Shown here piece by piece: positions 63,062 to 64,000 of a DNA stretch of 64,000 bases; position 1 is the stretch's first letter, and each line of letters starts with the position of its first letter. The stretch comes from Raja brachyura. Its lineage: Eukaryota. Below the pieces are notes generated by a model. The model was not told the DNA's origin. It worked only from the letters and a program-made list of their open reading frames with translations, and did not search any database. Made by a program: the position numbers and the translations under genes. The DNA is taken from NCBI GenBank assembly GCA_963514005.1, contig OY740786.1, forward strand, positions 18,910,001-18,974,000. Direction: 5' to 3'.

Positions 63062-64000
63062 AAATGACGGACATCTTCAACACCTCGCTGAACCAGGCTG
63101 TCGTCCCATTGTGTTTCAAGACTGCCACCAGTGCCAAAAAAATCCAATATACGTCTCAACGATTACCGCCCTGTAGCACTCACTCCCATAATGATGAAGT
63201 GCTTCGAGAGGCTGGTCAGGGACCATATTACCTCCAGGCTCCCCTCCACACTTGACCCATACCAGTTTGCTTACAGGCCAAACCGCTCCACAGAGGACGC
63301 TATATCCTCCGTACTCCATCTGAGCCTGGAACATCTAGAGGAGAAGAGCACTTATGTGCGAATGCTGTTCGTGGATTTTAGTTCAGCATTCAACACAATT
63401 ATCCCTCAGCACCTGATAATCAAACTGGTTCCATTGGGCCTCAGCACCCTCATGTGTAACTGGCTACTGGACTTCCTCACTGACAGACCCCAGTCAGTGA
63501 GGGATGGAAATAACACCTCTAGCATTATCCCTTTGAGCACCGGCTCCCCTCAGGGCTGTGTCCTGAGTCTACTGCTGTTTACCCTGATGACCCACGAGTG
63601 TTGTGCCAGGTTTAGTACAAACCACATCATGAAGTACGCAGATGACACAACAGTGGTGGGCCTCATCAGGGACGACAATGAGCTGGCTTCCAGGGAGGAG
63701 GTGAAACAACTGGTGGACTGGTGCAATACGAACAACCTGACCCTGAATGTCGAAAAAACAAAGGAGGTAATCGTCGACGTCAGGAAAAACCAGCACAGTC
63801 CCACACCACTTCACATCAATGACAGCGATGTGGAGGTGGTCAGTGGCACTACATTCCTGGGGGTGCAGATCACTAACAGTCTGACCTGGTCAAATAACAT
63901 CTCATCAACAGTTAAGAGAGCGCAGCAGCGGTTGCACTTTCTGCGCCGGATGAGAAGTGCTCACCTCCCCCATCCCATCCTCACCACTTTCTACAGGGGC
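63062..64000 (+). mobile_element. Rex1/Babar-type LINE RT fragment, runs off the window end
   Basis: [69 protein letters not shown]. Confidence 0.9.

Overview
Eukaryotic, repeat-rich vertebrate DNA. The SINE/CR1/Penelope repertoire points to a cartilaginous fish, probably a skate or ray (inference). The window lies inside a minus-strand ARHGEF17 (TEM4) RhoGEF gene, with four phase-0 DH-domain exons at 43222-43299, 36409-36591, 11239-11355 and 10035-10127. The introns hold many CR1 and Rex1 LINE fragments, tRNA-headed SINEs and Harbinger-type/hAT MITEs. Three structures stand out. (1) A 2.1-kb non-autonomous endogenous retrovirus (40720-42798; LTR - tRNA-Ser PBS - cargo - PPT - LTR, 5-bp TSD) whose gag/pol is replaced by an intronless copy of the spliceosomal gene SNRNP40, joined in frame to an env-like transmembrane remnant. 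This looks like a retroviral transduction of a host mRNA. (2) A structurally complete, nearly intact DIRS1-type tyrosine-recombinase retrotransposon (49685-55044, minus) with ITRs, ICR, gag, RT/RNase H/methyltransferase, recombinase and a candidate 60-nt 5'-leader intron. (3) A family of short, mostly fold-back Penelope-derived elements with 11-15 bp TSDs and hammerhead-like cores. All calls come from reading the sequence and recalled family knowledge; no database searches were run.
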